From assembly GCA_937998865.1 (NCBI GenBank), contig CALLBR010000017.1:82289-146288 (forward strand): DNA of 64,000 nucleotides. The letters run 5' to 3'. Position 1 is the stretch's first letter; each line of letters starts with the position of its first letter. The position numbers and the translations under genes are program-made. The notes beneath the pieces were generated by a model. That model was given only the letters and a program-made list of their open reading frames with translations. It did not search any database and was not told where the DNA came from. Positions 1-9,286 of this stretch are shown here, in pieces. This DNA comes from an uncultured bacterium. Lineage in GTDB: Bacteria > Nitrospirota > Thermodesulfovibrionia > Thermodesulfovibrionales > Thermodesulfovibrionaceae.

Positions 1-783
1 TATTCCTAATCTCGTAATACCATTTAAGGCAAGTGTAGCAGCCCACATAAATTCTGCCCGAGCATTATAGTTTTTAGGTTCCTGTAGGATAATTTCTGTA
101 TTTTCCATGAGAGTTTTGATAAGACTCTCAATTATTCTATTCTGAAGATTGGGACAATACTGACCGCTAAAATAATACTCAATAACATGGGCTATGGCAT
201 CTACCGCTGCGAAAGCTTGATATTGAGATGAAACAGTATAAGTAAGCTCTGGATTGAGAATGGAAACTTTTGGAAATAGATGCTCTGAAGATACTGACAA
301 TTTTTCGCTAGTTTCCTCCTTTGTTATAACAGCAAACCCATTCATTTCACTTCCTGTAGCTGCAAGGGTAAGGATTACATATATAGGCAAAGCCTTTTCT
401 ATAGTTTTACCTCTTTTAAAAAATTCCCATATATCTTCTGAAGTTTCTGCACCGAAGGCAATTGTTTTACCCTCATCGATGACAGACCCTCCACCCACTG
501 CCAAAATTGCATCTACTTTATTTTTTTTGGCTTTCTCAATACCTTCCTTGGCATGAGATAGTACAGGATTTGGTTTTACGCCTCCATGTTCAATAAACTG
601 GATTCCTTCTTTATGAAGGGCATGGATAACTCTATCATAAAGTCCTGTATTTTTGATAGAAGATTTACCGAAAAGGAAAAGTATTCTCTGAATGCCATCC
701 TTTTTTAGAATTTTACCTATCTTATCCTCTGTCTTTTTGCCAAATATTATTCTTGTGGGATTAAAAAATTCAAAATTTTCCAT
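1..783 (-). CDS. iron-containing (group III) alcohol dehydrogenase, 3' end cut by window edge
   Basis: Not in the ORF track because it runs off the window. My translation from ATG 783..781 reads MENFEFFNPTRIIFGKKTEDKIGKIL...DAILAVGGGSVIDEGKTIAFGAE...AFAAVDAIAHVIEYYF, with no stop down to nt 1. It carries the GGGS and DAxxH motifs of the Fe-ADH family. A GGGAGGG SD lies just upstream, and the start overlaps the lipA stop by 14 nt. Confidence 0.8.
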   Translation of the reverse strand, partial: MENFEFFNPTRIIFGKKTEDKIGKILKKDGIQRILFLFGKSSIKNTGLYDRVIHALHKEGIQFIEHGGVKPNPVLSHAKEGIEKAKKNKVDAILAVGGGSVIDEGKTIAFGAETSEDIWEFFKRGKTIEKALPIYVILTLAATGSEMNGFAVITKEETSEKLSVSSEHLFPKVSILNPELTYTVSSQYQAFAAVDAIAHVIEYYFSGQYCPNLQNRIIESLIKTLMENTEIILQEPKNYNARAEFMWAATLALNGITRLGI

Positions 784-1630
784 ATTTACCCTCCCTTAAT
801 GCTAAAAATATCTCTTTAGCCTTTGTGGAACTCCTTATGAGAGGTCCGCTTAACACTGCCTTAAACCCAAGTCCTAAAGCAATTTCAGCAAGCTCATCAA
901 AATATTCTGGTTTTATATATTCTACTACAGGGAGAGCTTTTTTTGAAGGTTGAAGATATTGACCTATTGTAACTATATCACAATTAACTTCTCTAAGATT
1001 TAAAAGAGCTTCATAGATTTCCTCACTTTTTTCACCAAGCCCTACCATAAATCCAGATTTAGTTATTAGTTGAGGTTTTAATTCTTTTGCTAATCTGAGA
1101 ACTTTTAATGAAAGCTCATAGTCTGCCTTCCTTACTGTTCCATAAAGTTGTTTAACTGTCTCAATATTATGGGCAAATACACTAATTTCTGTATTAACAA
1201 CTCTCTCTATGGATTTTTTTTTACCCTTGAAATCAGGCACTAAGACTTCAATATGAGTATGGGGATTGTATTTTTTTATTACCTTAACTGTCTTACAGAA
1301 AAATTCTGCTCCACCATCAGATAAATCATCTCTTGTGGGAGAAGTGATAACAACATATGGAAGGGACATTTCTTTAACTGCTTTAGCAATCCTTTCCGGC
1401 TCTTCTTTGTCTAAAGGCTCAGGATTACCTTTTTCAGCATTACAGAATTGGCAACCTCTTGTGCATACAGATCCCATAATCATAAAAGTAGCTGTTGGCT
1501 GTCTGTAGCAAACACCTCTATTAGGGCAACGCAAGGTTTCACAAACAGTATTTATATTAAGATTTCTAAAATAATTTTGTAGTGATTTTATCTCTTTTAA
1601 TTGAGATTTAACCCACTGGGGTAGGGGCAT
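770..1630 (-). CDS. lipA: lipoyl synthase
   Basis: 286 aa. Radical-SAM motif CTRGCQFC plus the N-terminal Cys cluster CETLRCPNRGVC typical of LipA. ATG start. Confidence 0.93.
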   Translation of the reverse strand: MPLPQWVKSQLKEIKSLQNYFRNLNINTVCETLRCPNRGVCYRQPTATFMIMGSVCTRGCQFCNAEKGNPEPLDKEEPERIAKAVKEMSLPYVVITSPTRDDLSDGGAEFFCKTVKVIKKYNPHTHIEVLVPDFKGKKKSIERVVNTEISVFAHNIETVKQLYGTVRKADYELSLKVLRLAKELKPQLITKSGFMVGLGEKSEEIYEALLNLREVNCDIVTIGQYLQPSKKALPVVEYIKPEYFDELAEIALGLGFKAVLSGPLIRSSTKAKEIFLALREGKYGKF

Positions 1631-1648
1631 CTTGTAGGTTTTATGAAA

Positions 1649-1668
1649 GGGGGGACCTTTGTCCCCCC
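1649..1668 (-). terminator. GC-rich hairpin downstream of csp (candidate intrinsic terminator)
   Basis: GGGGGGAC-CTTT-GTCCCCCC: an 8-bp stem that stands out in AT-rich DNA, 5 nt after the csp stop. On the minus strand it is followed by TTTCATAAAA, so the U tract is short. Confidence 0.55.
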
Positions 1669-1673
1669 AGGTT

Positions 1674-1877
1674 TTAGACTTTTTCTACATTAACTGCTTT
1701 TGGTCCTCTGTCACCTTCAACAACATCAAATTTAACTTTGTCACCCTGTTTGAGAGTCTTAAATCCATCACCTTTAATTGAAGTATAATGGACAAAGACG
1801 TCTCCTCCGCCATCCTGCTGAATGAACCCGAATCCCTTTGACTCATTAAACCACTTAACACGTCCTTCAAAAGCCAT
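1674..1877 (-). CDS. csp: cold-shock domain protein (CspA family)
   Basis: 67 aa. RNP1-like KGFGFI and RNP2-like VFVHY motifs. AAGGAGG SD, with about 110 nt of upstream untranslated/intergenic sequence. Confidence 0.95.
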   Translation of the reverse strand: MAFEGRVKWFNESKGFGFIQQDGGGDVFVHYTSIKGDGFKTLKQGDKVKFDVVEGDRGPKAVNVEKV

Positions 1878-1990
1878 ACTTCTTAAAACCTCCTTTTAAT
1901 CTCCCCACCTACGGCAGGTACTTAAAACTTCGCTTAATGCAAAGATACTCTTTTATAACATGCTACCTTGGAAAAAGTAAAGGAAAATTT

Positions 1991-2761
1991 TTACTCTTCT
2001 TTTTTTATCTCTTCCCATATAAGATCCATCTCTTGGAGAGACATGTCTTTTGGGGATTTTCCCTTTTCTTTTAAAATCTCCTCAATTTTTTTGAATCTCT
2101 TCTCAAACTTTCTATTTGTTTTTCTTAAGGCTGCTTCAGGATCTACTTTTAAGAAACGAGCAATATTTACAATGCTAAATAAAACATCTCCCAACTCTTC
2201 TTCTATTTTCTCACTCTGTCCTGATTTGATTGCTTCTTTAAGTTCCCTCATTTCTTCCTCAAGCTTCTCTAAAACACCATTAATACTGGGCCAATCAAAA
2301 CCAACTTTTGCCACTCTTGACTGAATCTTATAAGCTCTAAGTAATGCTGGCATAGACAAAGGTATTCCTTCAAGTATTGATTTACTTAATTTACCTTCCT
2401 CCTTTTTTCTATCATCCCATTGGGATAATACTTCCTCTGGAGTTTTAAAATCTGCATCACCAAATACATGAGGATGTCTACTTATCATTTTTTTTGAAAT
2501 AGTCTCAATAACATCCTCTATATTAAATCTTCCCTCATCCTTGGCAATTTTACTGTGAAAAATTATCTGCAAAAGTAAATCTCCTAATTCCTCCTTAATT
2601 CCCTTATAATCCTTATTTTCAATTGCTTCAATTAACTCGTAAGTCTCTTCAAGCAAGTATCTTTTAAGGGAATCATGGGTTTGCACTCTGTCCCAAGGAC
2701 AACCATTTTCAGACCTAAGTTTTTCCATTATTTCAACAAGTTTTTTGAATTTTTCACTCAA
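1991..2761 (-). CDS. mazG: nucleoside triphosphate pyrophosphohydrolase MazG
   Basis: 256 aa. N-terminal ...IMEKLRSENGCPWD... and two EExxE-type MazG repeats. The start codon is TTG (2761..2759), preceded by GGAGG at about 7 nt. It overlaps the upstream gene stop by 8 nt. Confidence 0.9.
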   Translation of the reverse strand: MSEKFKKLVEIMEKLRSENGCPWDRVQTHDSLKRYLLEETYELIEAIENKDYKGIKEELGDLLLQIIFHSKIAKDEGRFNIEDVIETISKKMISRHPHVFGDADFKTPEEVLSQWDDRKKEEGKLSKSILEGIPLSMPALLRAYKIQSRVAKVGFDWPSINGVLEKLEEEMRELKEAIKSGQSEKIEEELGDVLFSIVNIARFLKVDPEAALRKTNRKFEKRFKKIEEILKEKGKSPKDMSLQEMDLIWEEIKKEE

Positions 2762-3482
2762 TTTCTTCCTCCAAGATTTTATAAAAACTATCTATAATTG
2801 CTGAATTATCCTGAAGAGAAAATATATCCTCCCCTCTTTCACTTAATTTTTTTAAATTTAAATCGAAATTCACATAAAAAACTTTTTCAAAATCTCTATT
2901 TATCTCCTCGATCTTATTTGTAGCCTGATTAATGATGAAAATATTCTTCTTCGGAGTAATACCTAACCTTTTTATGAGCTCCTTAATCCTTAAAGCTGCT
3001 TGAATACTATTTTTAGCAGGTGTTCCTACAATAAAAAGAAGATCAATTTTATCTAAGATTCCTCTACTTATATGTTCCATTCCTGCTTCATTGTCTACCA
3101 CTATATACATATAATTTTCAGCAATTTCAGAAATAACTCTCTTTAGTACATTGTTAACAGCACAATAGCAACCTTTTCCTTCAGGCCTTCCCATTACAAG
3201 TAAATCAAATCCCTCCGATTCCTTAACGATTCTATTTATTTCAATCTCAAGCCATTCATCAAGAGACATTCCCTGAGGTTTTCTAAGGAGGGCATTATCT
3301 CTTATTTCAGCTAAAGTTTCTACTTCTTGTATCCCTAAAAGATCAGGAAGGCAGTAATTAGGATCTGCATCAACAGCAAGAATGGGCTTTAAAACTTTTT
3401 CTCTAAGATATCTTACTGTTAATGCTGCAAGAGTGCTTTTTCCTGTACCACCCTTACCTGCAAAAACTATATAATAACTCAT
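2754..3482 (-). CDS. CooC/AcsF-type P-loop NTPase (Ni-insertion accessory protein family)
   Basis: 242 aa. Deviant Walker A GKGGTGKST, a CYC (CxC) motif after GRPEGKG, and DNEAGMEHISRG, as in the CooC branch of the MinD/ParA family. Confidence 0.75.
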   Translation of the reverse strand: MSYYIVFAGKGGTGKSTLAALTVRYLREKVLKPILAVDADPNYCLPDLLGIQEVETLAEIRDNALLRKPQGMSLDEWLEIEINRIVKESEGFDLLVMGRPEGKGCYCAVNNVLKRVISEIAENYMYIVVDNEAGMEHISRGILDKIDLLFIVGTPAKNSIQAALRIKELIKRLGITPKKNIFIINQATNKIEEINRDFEKVFYVNFDLNLKKLSERGEDIFSLQDNSAIIDSFYKILEEEIE

Positions 3483-4129
3483 TTTATCTCTTTAATTAAC
3501 TTCAATAAATCTTCAAATTTGTCAATCATGAAATCAGCATTTCTTAGTAATTCTTTTTGCCGATATCCGTAAGTGACAGCAATAGTTTTAATCCCAGCAG
3601 CCTTTCCAGCTTCAATATCAATATTACTGTCTCCTACTATAATTGTTCTCTCCTTCATAGCCTGAAAGTATTCCATAGTTTTCAGTATAGGTAAAGCAGA
3701 AGGCTTTTGTTCCGGGAAATAATCATTCCCAGCAATAAAATCAAAATATTTTTTTAATCTTGTAGCCTCTAAAGTCTTCACAGTAAGTTCCGTTAGCTTA
3801 TTAGAGATTATAGCTTTCTTTATACCATTTAGCTTCTCCAATGTTTCTATTACCCCTGGATAAGGTTTACTATGATCCGCTATGTGTTCTGAATAGTAAC
3901 TTACAAAACAATCAAGAAGAGGAAATAGAAAATCCCTCGATAAATTTCTTTTCTCCAATACTTTTTCTATGAATTTTCTTACACCCTCACCAATAAGGCT
4001 TTTTACCTCATTTCTTGTAAATTCTGAAATTTTATGTTTTCTAAGACAGTGGTTAATAGCCTTTGTTATGTCGTCACAAGTATCTACTATTGTGCCATCT
4101 AAATCAAAAATAATAAGTTCTAATGACAT
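3479..4129 (-). CDS. HAD-superfamily hydrolase (phosphoglycolate phosphatase-like)
   Basis: 216 aa. HAD motif I FDLDGT, motif II SN, and C-terminal GDSxxD. Overlaps the next gene by 4 nt. Confidence 0.8.
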   Translation of the reverse strand: MSLELIIFDLDGTIVDTCDDITKAINHCLRKHKISEFTRNEVKSLIGEGVRKFIEKVLEKRNLSRDFLFPLLDCFVSYYSEHIADHSKPYPGVIETLEKLNGIKKAIISNKLTELTVKTLEATRLKKYFDFIAGNDYFPEQKPSALPILKTMEYFQAMKERTIIVGDSNIDIEAGKAAGIKTIAVTYGYRQKELLRNADFMIDKFEDLLKLIKEIK

Positions 4130-4350
4130 ATGTATCCCTACCTCAGACTAATCTTCTCTTTATTATAACCTAACTGTCATTAATTCCCAGCCTAAATTAT
4201 ACCTAAATTTTTATTGGTGATTGCATATCCCAAAATCATTAGTCCTTCTTTGGTCATTAAGAGCTGTCTTTAAAATATGGTAAAGCAATCTAAATTGATA
4301 GATAGGAGAGGAGATAACTTTTAGTACCTTTAAAATTCATGAAAAAATTT

Positions 4351-4379
4351 TTAAGAATTTTTGAATTTTATGGTATAAT
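4351..4379 (+). promoter_or_regulatory. candidate sigma70 extended -10 promoter of the pilT operon (leaderless type)
   Basis: TTAAGA (4351-4356), a 17-nt spacer, then TGgTATAAT (4371-4379). Only 8 nt separate the -10 box from ATG 4388, and there is no SD. Confidence 0.45.
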
Positions 4380-4387
4380 TTTTCAGC

Positions 4388-5467
4388 ATGGCAAAAATAG
4401 ATGCCTTCTTTAATTTGATGTTAGAAAACAAAGCAAGTGATCTTCATCTTATAGCCGGAAGTCAACCTGTCTTAAGAATAGACGGAGAACTTGTAAGAGT
4501 TAAATACAATGTTTTAGACAATATAGAATTAAGAAAGCTCCTTTATGAAATTACACCAGAGGAAAAAATCAAAGTTTTTGAAGAAACAGGAGATCTTGAC
4601 TTTGCTCATGAAATTCCTGGTGTAGCTCGTTTTCGTGTTAATTATTTCATGCATAAAGAGGGTATTGGAGCAGCCTTTAGACATATCCCAAATGAGATAA
4701 AAACAATTGATGAATTAGGACTTCCTCAGGTATTAAAGAAGTTTTCCATGCTCAAAAAAGGCATTATCCTTTTAACAGGACCAACTGGTTCAGGTAAATC
4801 AACTACCTTAGCAGCTATGATTGATTATGCCAACACAAATAGAAAAGACAGAATAATAACAATAGAGGACCCTATAGAATTTATTCATCCAAACAAAGGA
4901 TGTGTCATATCCTACAGAGAAGTAGGAACCCATACAGAATCCTTTGCAAAGGCTTTAAGAGCAGCTCTCAGAGAAGATCCTGACATAATATTAGTAGGTG
5001 AAATGAGAGATATTGAAACAATACAGCTTGCCTTGGAAGCTGCTGCAACAGGTCATCTTGTCTTAAGTACCCTTCATACTTCATCATCTATCAAAACTAT
5101 CGATAGAATCATCGATGTTTTCCCTCCAGAGCAGCAAGCTCAAGTAAGAACCTCTCTCAGTGAATCATTACAAGCTGTAGTAGCTCAAACTTTACTTAAA
5201 AGAGCTGATAGAAGAGGTAGAGTTGCAGCATGTGAGGTATTAATAAACACCTATGCTGTAGCAAACCTAATAAGAGAAAATAAAACACATCAGATTTTAT
5301 CTATCATGCAAACAAGCAAAAAGATAGGAATGCAAACATTGGATGATGCTCTCCTTGAGTTACTCCAGCAAGGCAAGATTTCTCCAGAGGATGCCTACGA
5401 AAGAGCAACAGACAAACAAAAGTTTATAAAATTCTTAAAAGAAGCTCCTGAAACGGTATTTGTATGA
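4388..5467 (+). CDS. pilT: type IV pilus retraction ATPase PilT
   Basis: 359 aa. N-terminal ASDLHL, Walker A GPTGSGKST, Asp box, Walker B ILVGEMRD, and the His box of the PilT/GspE family. Confidence 0.92.
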   Translation: MAKIDAFFNLMLENKASDLHLIAGSQPVLRIDGELVRVKYNVLDNIELRKLLYEITPEEKIKVFEETGDLDFAHEIPGVARFRVNYFMHKEGIGAAFRHIPNEIKTIDELGLPQVLKKFSMLKKGIILLTGPTGSGKSTTLAAMIDYANTNRKDRIITIEDPIEFIHPNKGCVISYREVGTHTESFAKALRAALREDPDIILVGEMRDIETIQLALEAAATGHLVLSTLHTSSSIKTIDRIIDVFPPEQQAQVRTSLSESLQAVVAQTLLKRADRRGRVAACEVLINTYAVANLIRENKTHQILSIMQTSKKIGMQTLDDALLELLQQGKISPEDAYERATDKQKFIKFLKEAPETVFV

Positions 5468-6642
5468 GAAAACAAGAAATAGACTTTATTTTAGAAAAAA
5501 TATGTGAATTTCATGAAGAAATATCTGATATTGTATTTACAGTGGGAAGACCTATTCAAGTAATTTTATGGGGGGAGCTTAAACCTTTATATTTAAAGGA
5601 AATTCCCATTGAAAGCTTAACTCCTTTTCATACTGAAATCATAGCCTTAACCTTAATAGGTAATCAAAAAAGACTTGTGGATAGTTTAATTAATATAGGC
5701 TACTGCGACCTTGCTTATAGTATATCAAAAGCAAGATTCAGAGTAAATATTTTCTCTCAAAGAGGTAATTACTCTATTGTCATGCGTAAGTTACCAATTA
5801 CAGTTCCAACAGTAGAAGAATTGAAACTTCCTGAAATAGTTAAAGAGATTGCAAAGGAAAGAATGGGACTTGTATTGATTACTGGTGCTACAGGTTCTGG
5901 AAAATCCTCCACATTAGCAGCAATTTTAAATATCATTAATCATTCTCGACCCTGTCACATAATTACTTTAGAAGATCCTGTAGAGTTTGTACATCCCCAT
6001 ATAAAAGCCACCTTTAATCAAAGAGAGATGGGGGTTGATTTCCACTCTTATGCTGATGGTCTAAGGGCTGCTCTTAGACAAGCACCTCATGTAATACTTG
6101 TGGGTGAGATAAGAGATAGAGAAACCCTTGAAATAGCTATGCAAGCAGCTGAAACAGGACATTTAGTTCTTAGTACAATGCATACTACTGATGCTGGACA
6201 AACAGTAGGAAGAGCAATTGGAATGTTTCCACCAGAGGATGAAAATTACATAAGATTAAGATTTTCTGATACATTAAAATGGGTTGTAAGCCAAAGACTT
6301 TTACCTAAGGTAGGAGGAGGAAGAATTGTTGCTACAGAGATTATGAGGAAAAATTTAAGAATCAGAGATCTCATAATTAATGGAGAAACTGCTGAAAAGA
6401 CCTTTTATGACATAATTGAGACATCCTCGGCTGTAGGAATGCATACTTTTGATCAATCTATAATAGAGCTTTACAAAAAGGGACTTATCACAGAAGATAC
6501 AGCTGTAGCTTATGCTTCAAGAAGAGCTACAATCATAAGAGAAATTGATAAAATAAAGGCTCAAAGGGGAGAGAAAACAACTGACATTGAAGGATTAAAG
6601 ATTGATACAGAATACGAGAAAAAAATAAAAAGAGGTATATAA
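5464..6642 (+). CDS. PilT/PilU-family ATPase paralog
   Basis: 392 aa. Walker A GATGSGKSS, ILVGEIRD, and LVLSTMHT. ATGA overlap with pilT. Confidence 0.85.
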   Translation: MRKQEIDFILEKICEFHEEISDIVFTVGRPIQVILWGELKPLYLKEIPIESLTPFHTEIIALTLIGNQKRLVDSLINIGYCDLAYSISKARFRVNIFSQRGNYSIVMRKLPITVPTVEELKLPEIVKEIAKERMGLVLITGATGSGKSSTLAAILNIINHSRPCHIITLEDPVEFVHPHIKATFNQREMGVDFHSYADGLRAALRQAPHVILVGEIRDRETLEIAMQAAETGHLVLSTMHTTDAGQTVGRAIGMFPPEDENYIRLRFSDTLKWVVSQRLLPKVGGGRIVATEIMRKNLRIRDLIINGETAEKTFYDIIETSSAVGMHTFDQSIIELYKKGLITEDTAVAYASRRATIIREIDKIKAQRGEKTTDIEGLKIDTEYEKKIKRGI

Positions 6643-7058
6643 TGCCTAAAGCTCTAATTTGTGAAAATGATCCGGATCTTCAGAAAAATTTATCATTAAT
6701 TTTTAAAACTCTAAATATTGAATCTATTCTGCCTTTAAGTTTGGAAGAGGCAATTAACAACCTGGAATTAGAAGACATAGACATAATAGTTGTAAATGAA
6801 AAATTTGCTAATGAAAAACCTCAAGAAAATAGAATCATTCAATGGATTAACAGTTTACCCATGTATAGAAGAAGAGATATAATGCTTATTATTACAGGAG
6901 AAAATCTAAAAAGCGCAGATAGGTTAATAGCCTTTGCAAAAGGAGCAGACTTAGTAGTTAACTCGAAAGAATTAAATAATTTTCAAGCCTATTTCAAAAG
7001 AGCATACTTGGAATATCAATCTAAATACAAAACATATAAGGATTTACTGAACAAATAA
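6642..7058 (+). CDS. receiver-like (pseudo-receiver) domain protein
   Basis: 138 aa. Receiver-type alternating pattern: KALICENDPD ... DIIVVNEKF ... IMLIITG ... GADLVVNSK. Asn sits where the phospho-acceptor Asp is expected. TAATG overlap with the upstream ATPase, and a GAGG SD. Confidence 0.5.
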   Translation: MPKALICENDPDLQKNLSLIFKTLNIESILPLSLEEAINNLELEDIDIIVVNEKFANEKPQENRIIQWINSLPMYRRRDIMLIITGENLKSADRLIAFAKGADLVVNSKELNNFQAYFKRAYLEYQSKYKTYKDLLNK

Positions 7059-7793
7059 TTCTCTCTGCCTTAAAGCTTCAAATAATAAAATAGCAGCTGC
7101 TGCTGAAACATTCAAGGAGTTTATCTTCCCTTTCATGGGAATTTTTACTGTATAATCACAAAGAGATAAAACTGATTGTCTTATTCCTCTGCCTTCTGAA
7201 CCTAATACAAAAGCTAGAGGTTGCTTAAAATCCATCTCCCAAAAAAGATTCTTACCTGAAGCTTCTGCTCCTATAACTAATATTCCCTCTTCTTTCATTT
7301 GCCTTATGGCATATTTAATGTTATTTATTTCCACTAAAGGTACATGCCATAAAGCACCAGCAGAAGCTTTCCAAAGGGAAGGAACCATTCCTACAGAACG
7401 CCTCTCTTGATAGATTACTGCATGAATGCCAGCTCCTTCAGCAACTCTTAATATAGATCCAAAATTTTGAGGATCTTCTAAGAGATCAAGGATAAGAAAA
7501 AAAGCTGGTTCTGCCTTTGCCCTGGGGATCTCCAAAGCTTTCTCTAAGGAAATTGGTTTTTTCTTTACTACCCTTGCGACTATGCCTTGATGATGGCCTT
7601 TAACAATCTTATCAAAAAAAGAATCTTCTACGATTTTGATGTTTACTGAGTTAATCTCTGCTAATTCTATAAGTTTTGATAATTTTTTTTCTCTATTCCT
7701 TGCGATGTAAAGCTCTTTTACCGTATCCTTGAGTTTTAAAGCTTCTTCAACTGGATTTATACCATAAATATATATTAAATTTTCACTTTCCAT
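7044..7793 (-). CDS. rlmB: 23S rRNA (guanosine-2'-O)-methyltransferase, SpoU/TrmH family (RlmB-like)
   Basis: 249 aa. SpoU substrate-binding N-domain plus the C-terminal SpoU MTase motifs (GSEGRGI, IPMxGxxxSLNVS). The cysS-rlmB synteny is common. Confidence 0.85.
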   Translation of the reverse strand: MESENLIYIYGINPVEEALKLKDTVKELYIARNREKKLSKLIELAEINSVNIKIVEDSFFDKIVKGHHQGIVARVVKKKPISLEKALEIPRAKAEPAFFLILDLLEDPQNFGSILRVAEGAGIHAVIYQERRSVGMVPSLWKASAGALWHVPLVEINNIKYAIRQMKEEGILVIGAEASGKNLFWEMDFKQPLAFVLGSEGRGIRQSVLSLCDYTVKIPMKGKINSLNVSAAAAILLFEALRQRELFVQ

Positions 7794-9229
7794 ACTGTTC
7801 TGTCCGCTTTATCTTCAAGAATTATCCCTTTTTTAAGAAGTTCTTCTCTCAATTCATCAGCCTTTTTCCAATCCTTCTGCTTTCTTGCCAATGTTCTCTC
7901 TTGAATTGCTTTTTGTATTTCCTCTTCAGTAATATTTAATTTTCTGAGTCTCAATAAATCTCTATACCAATCAATGGGTTTCCTTTGAAATATATTTAAA
8001 ACTCCACCCAGCTCTCTGAGTATTTTCTCTGAATTTTTAATAAGAGAGATCTCTTCTTCTGAAGAAGGTCTTTTATCAAGGAAACGATTTAATTCCTTTA
8101 TAAATTCAAATAAAACGCCTATTGCTTTAGCAGTGTTAAAGTCATCATCCATGGCTTCTTCAAATTTTGTCCTTAAACTCTCATAATGGGTTTTAAAATC
8201 AGTAAGTTTGGATGAGGAATTACTTTTTAATGACTTCAGTTCCTCTATTCTCATGGAAGTGCTATAGAATCTGTCAAGCATCACCTCTGCTTCCTTTATG
8301 TATTCATGGTTAAACTCTATGGGGCTTCGATAATGACTGGAAAGAAGAAATAACCTCAAGGCTTCAGCATCATACAAATTAAGAAGGTCCCTAATGTTAA
8401 GGACATTCCCAAGTGACTTTGACATTTTTTCCTTATTTATAGTGACAAAGCCATTATGTATCCAATACTTTGCAAAAGGTTTACCTGTGTATGCCTCAGA
8501 CTGAGCAATTTCATTTTCATGATGAGGAAAAATAAGATCAGCACCTCCACCATGAATATCAAGCGTTTCACCAATATGCTTAATGCTCATGGCAGTGCAT
8601 TCAATATGCCAACCTGGTCTTCCTCTACCCCAGGGTGATTCCCACCAAGGCTCTCCAGGCTTGGAGGCTTTCCAAAGAGCAAAATCAAGAGGGCTTCTTT
8701 TTCTCTCATCTACCTCTATTCTTGCGCCATGAAGAAGATCTTCAATTTTCTTCTTGGATAATTTGCCGTACTCTTTGAAGTTTTCCACAGAAAAATAAAC
8801 ACTTTTTGATTCTCCCTCATTAACCTCGTAAGCATAGCCTTTATCAATAAGAGCTTTTATTATTTCAATCATTTCTCCTATGTGTTCCGTGGCTTTCGGT
8901 TCAAAATCAGCTCTTGTGATACCCAATTTATCCATATCTTTGTAATATTCACTGGTATATTTTTCTGCTATTTGCTGCCAGGAAACTCCTTCTCTATTTG
9001 CTCTGTTTATGATTTTGTCATCAATATCTGTAAAATTTCTTACAAACTTTACAGTATAGCCTTTATATCTTAAATATCTTACAATTACATCAAAAACAAC
9101 AGCGCTTCTAGCATGTCCTATATGACAAAGATCATAAACAGTAACTCCGCAGGCATATATTCCAACTTTTTTATTCTCTATAGGGACAAATTCCTCTAAT
9201 TTACCTGTAAGAGTATTGTAAACTTTCAT
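7775..9229 (-). CDS. cysS: cysteine--tRNA ligase
   Basis: 484 aa. HIGH motif (CHIGHARS) and KMSKS motif present. AAGGAGG SD. Confidence 0.95.
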   Translation of the reverse strand: MKVYNTLTGKLEEFVPIENKKVGIYACGVTVYDLCHIGHARSAVVFDVIVRYLRYKGYTVKFVRNFTDIDDKIINRANREGVSWQQIAEKYTSEYYKDMDKLGITRADFEPKATEHIGEMIEIIKALIDKGYAYEVNEGESKSVYFSVENFKEYGKLSKKKIEDLLHGARIEVDERKRSPLDFALWKASKPGEPWWESPWGRGRPGWHIECTAMSIKHIGETLDIHGGGADLIFPHHENEIAQSEAYTGKPFAKYWIHNGFVTINKEKMSKSLGNVLNIRDLLNLYDAEALRLFLLSSHYRSPIEFNHEYIKEAEVMLDRFYSTSMRIEELKSLKSNSSSKLTDFKTHYESLRTKFEEAMDDDFNTAKAIGVLFEFIKELNRFLDKRPSSEEEISLIKNSEKILRELGGVLNIFQRKPIDWYRDLLRLRKLNITEEEIQKAIQERTLARKQKDWKKADELREELLKKGIILEDKADRTVWKVKI

Positions 9230-9286
9230 TTTGCCTCCTTAAATTATAAGAATCTTTTTATTTTAACATGTTAAGCAAAGGTGAAT

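Noticed and set aside
254-556. 100-aa plus-strand ORF (TTG start) at the left edge.
   Set aside because: The minus strand here encodes a clear Fe-alcohol dehydrogenase that the track missed because it runs off the window.
9263-9274. 12-bp perfect palindrome TTAACATGTTAA upstream of cysS, and a possible T-box leader.
   Set aside because: The intergenic region is only 57 nt, far too short for a T-box. A 12-bp AT-rich palindrome is within chance expectation in this composition.
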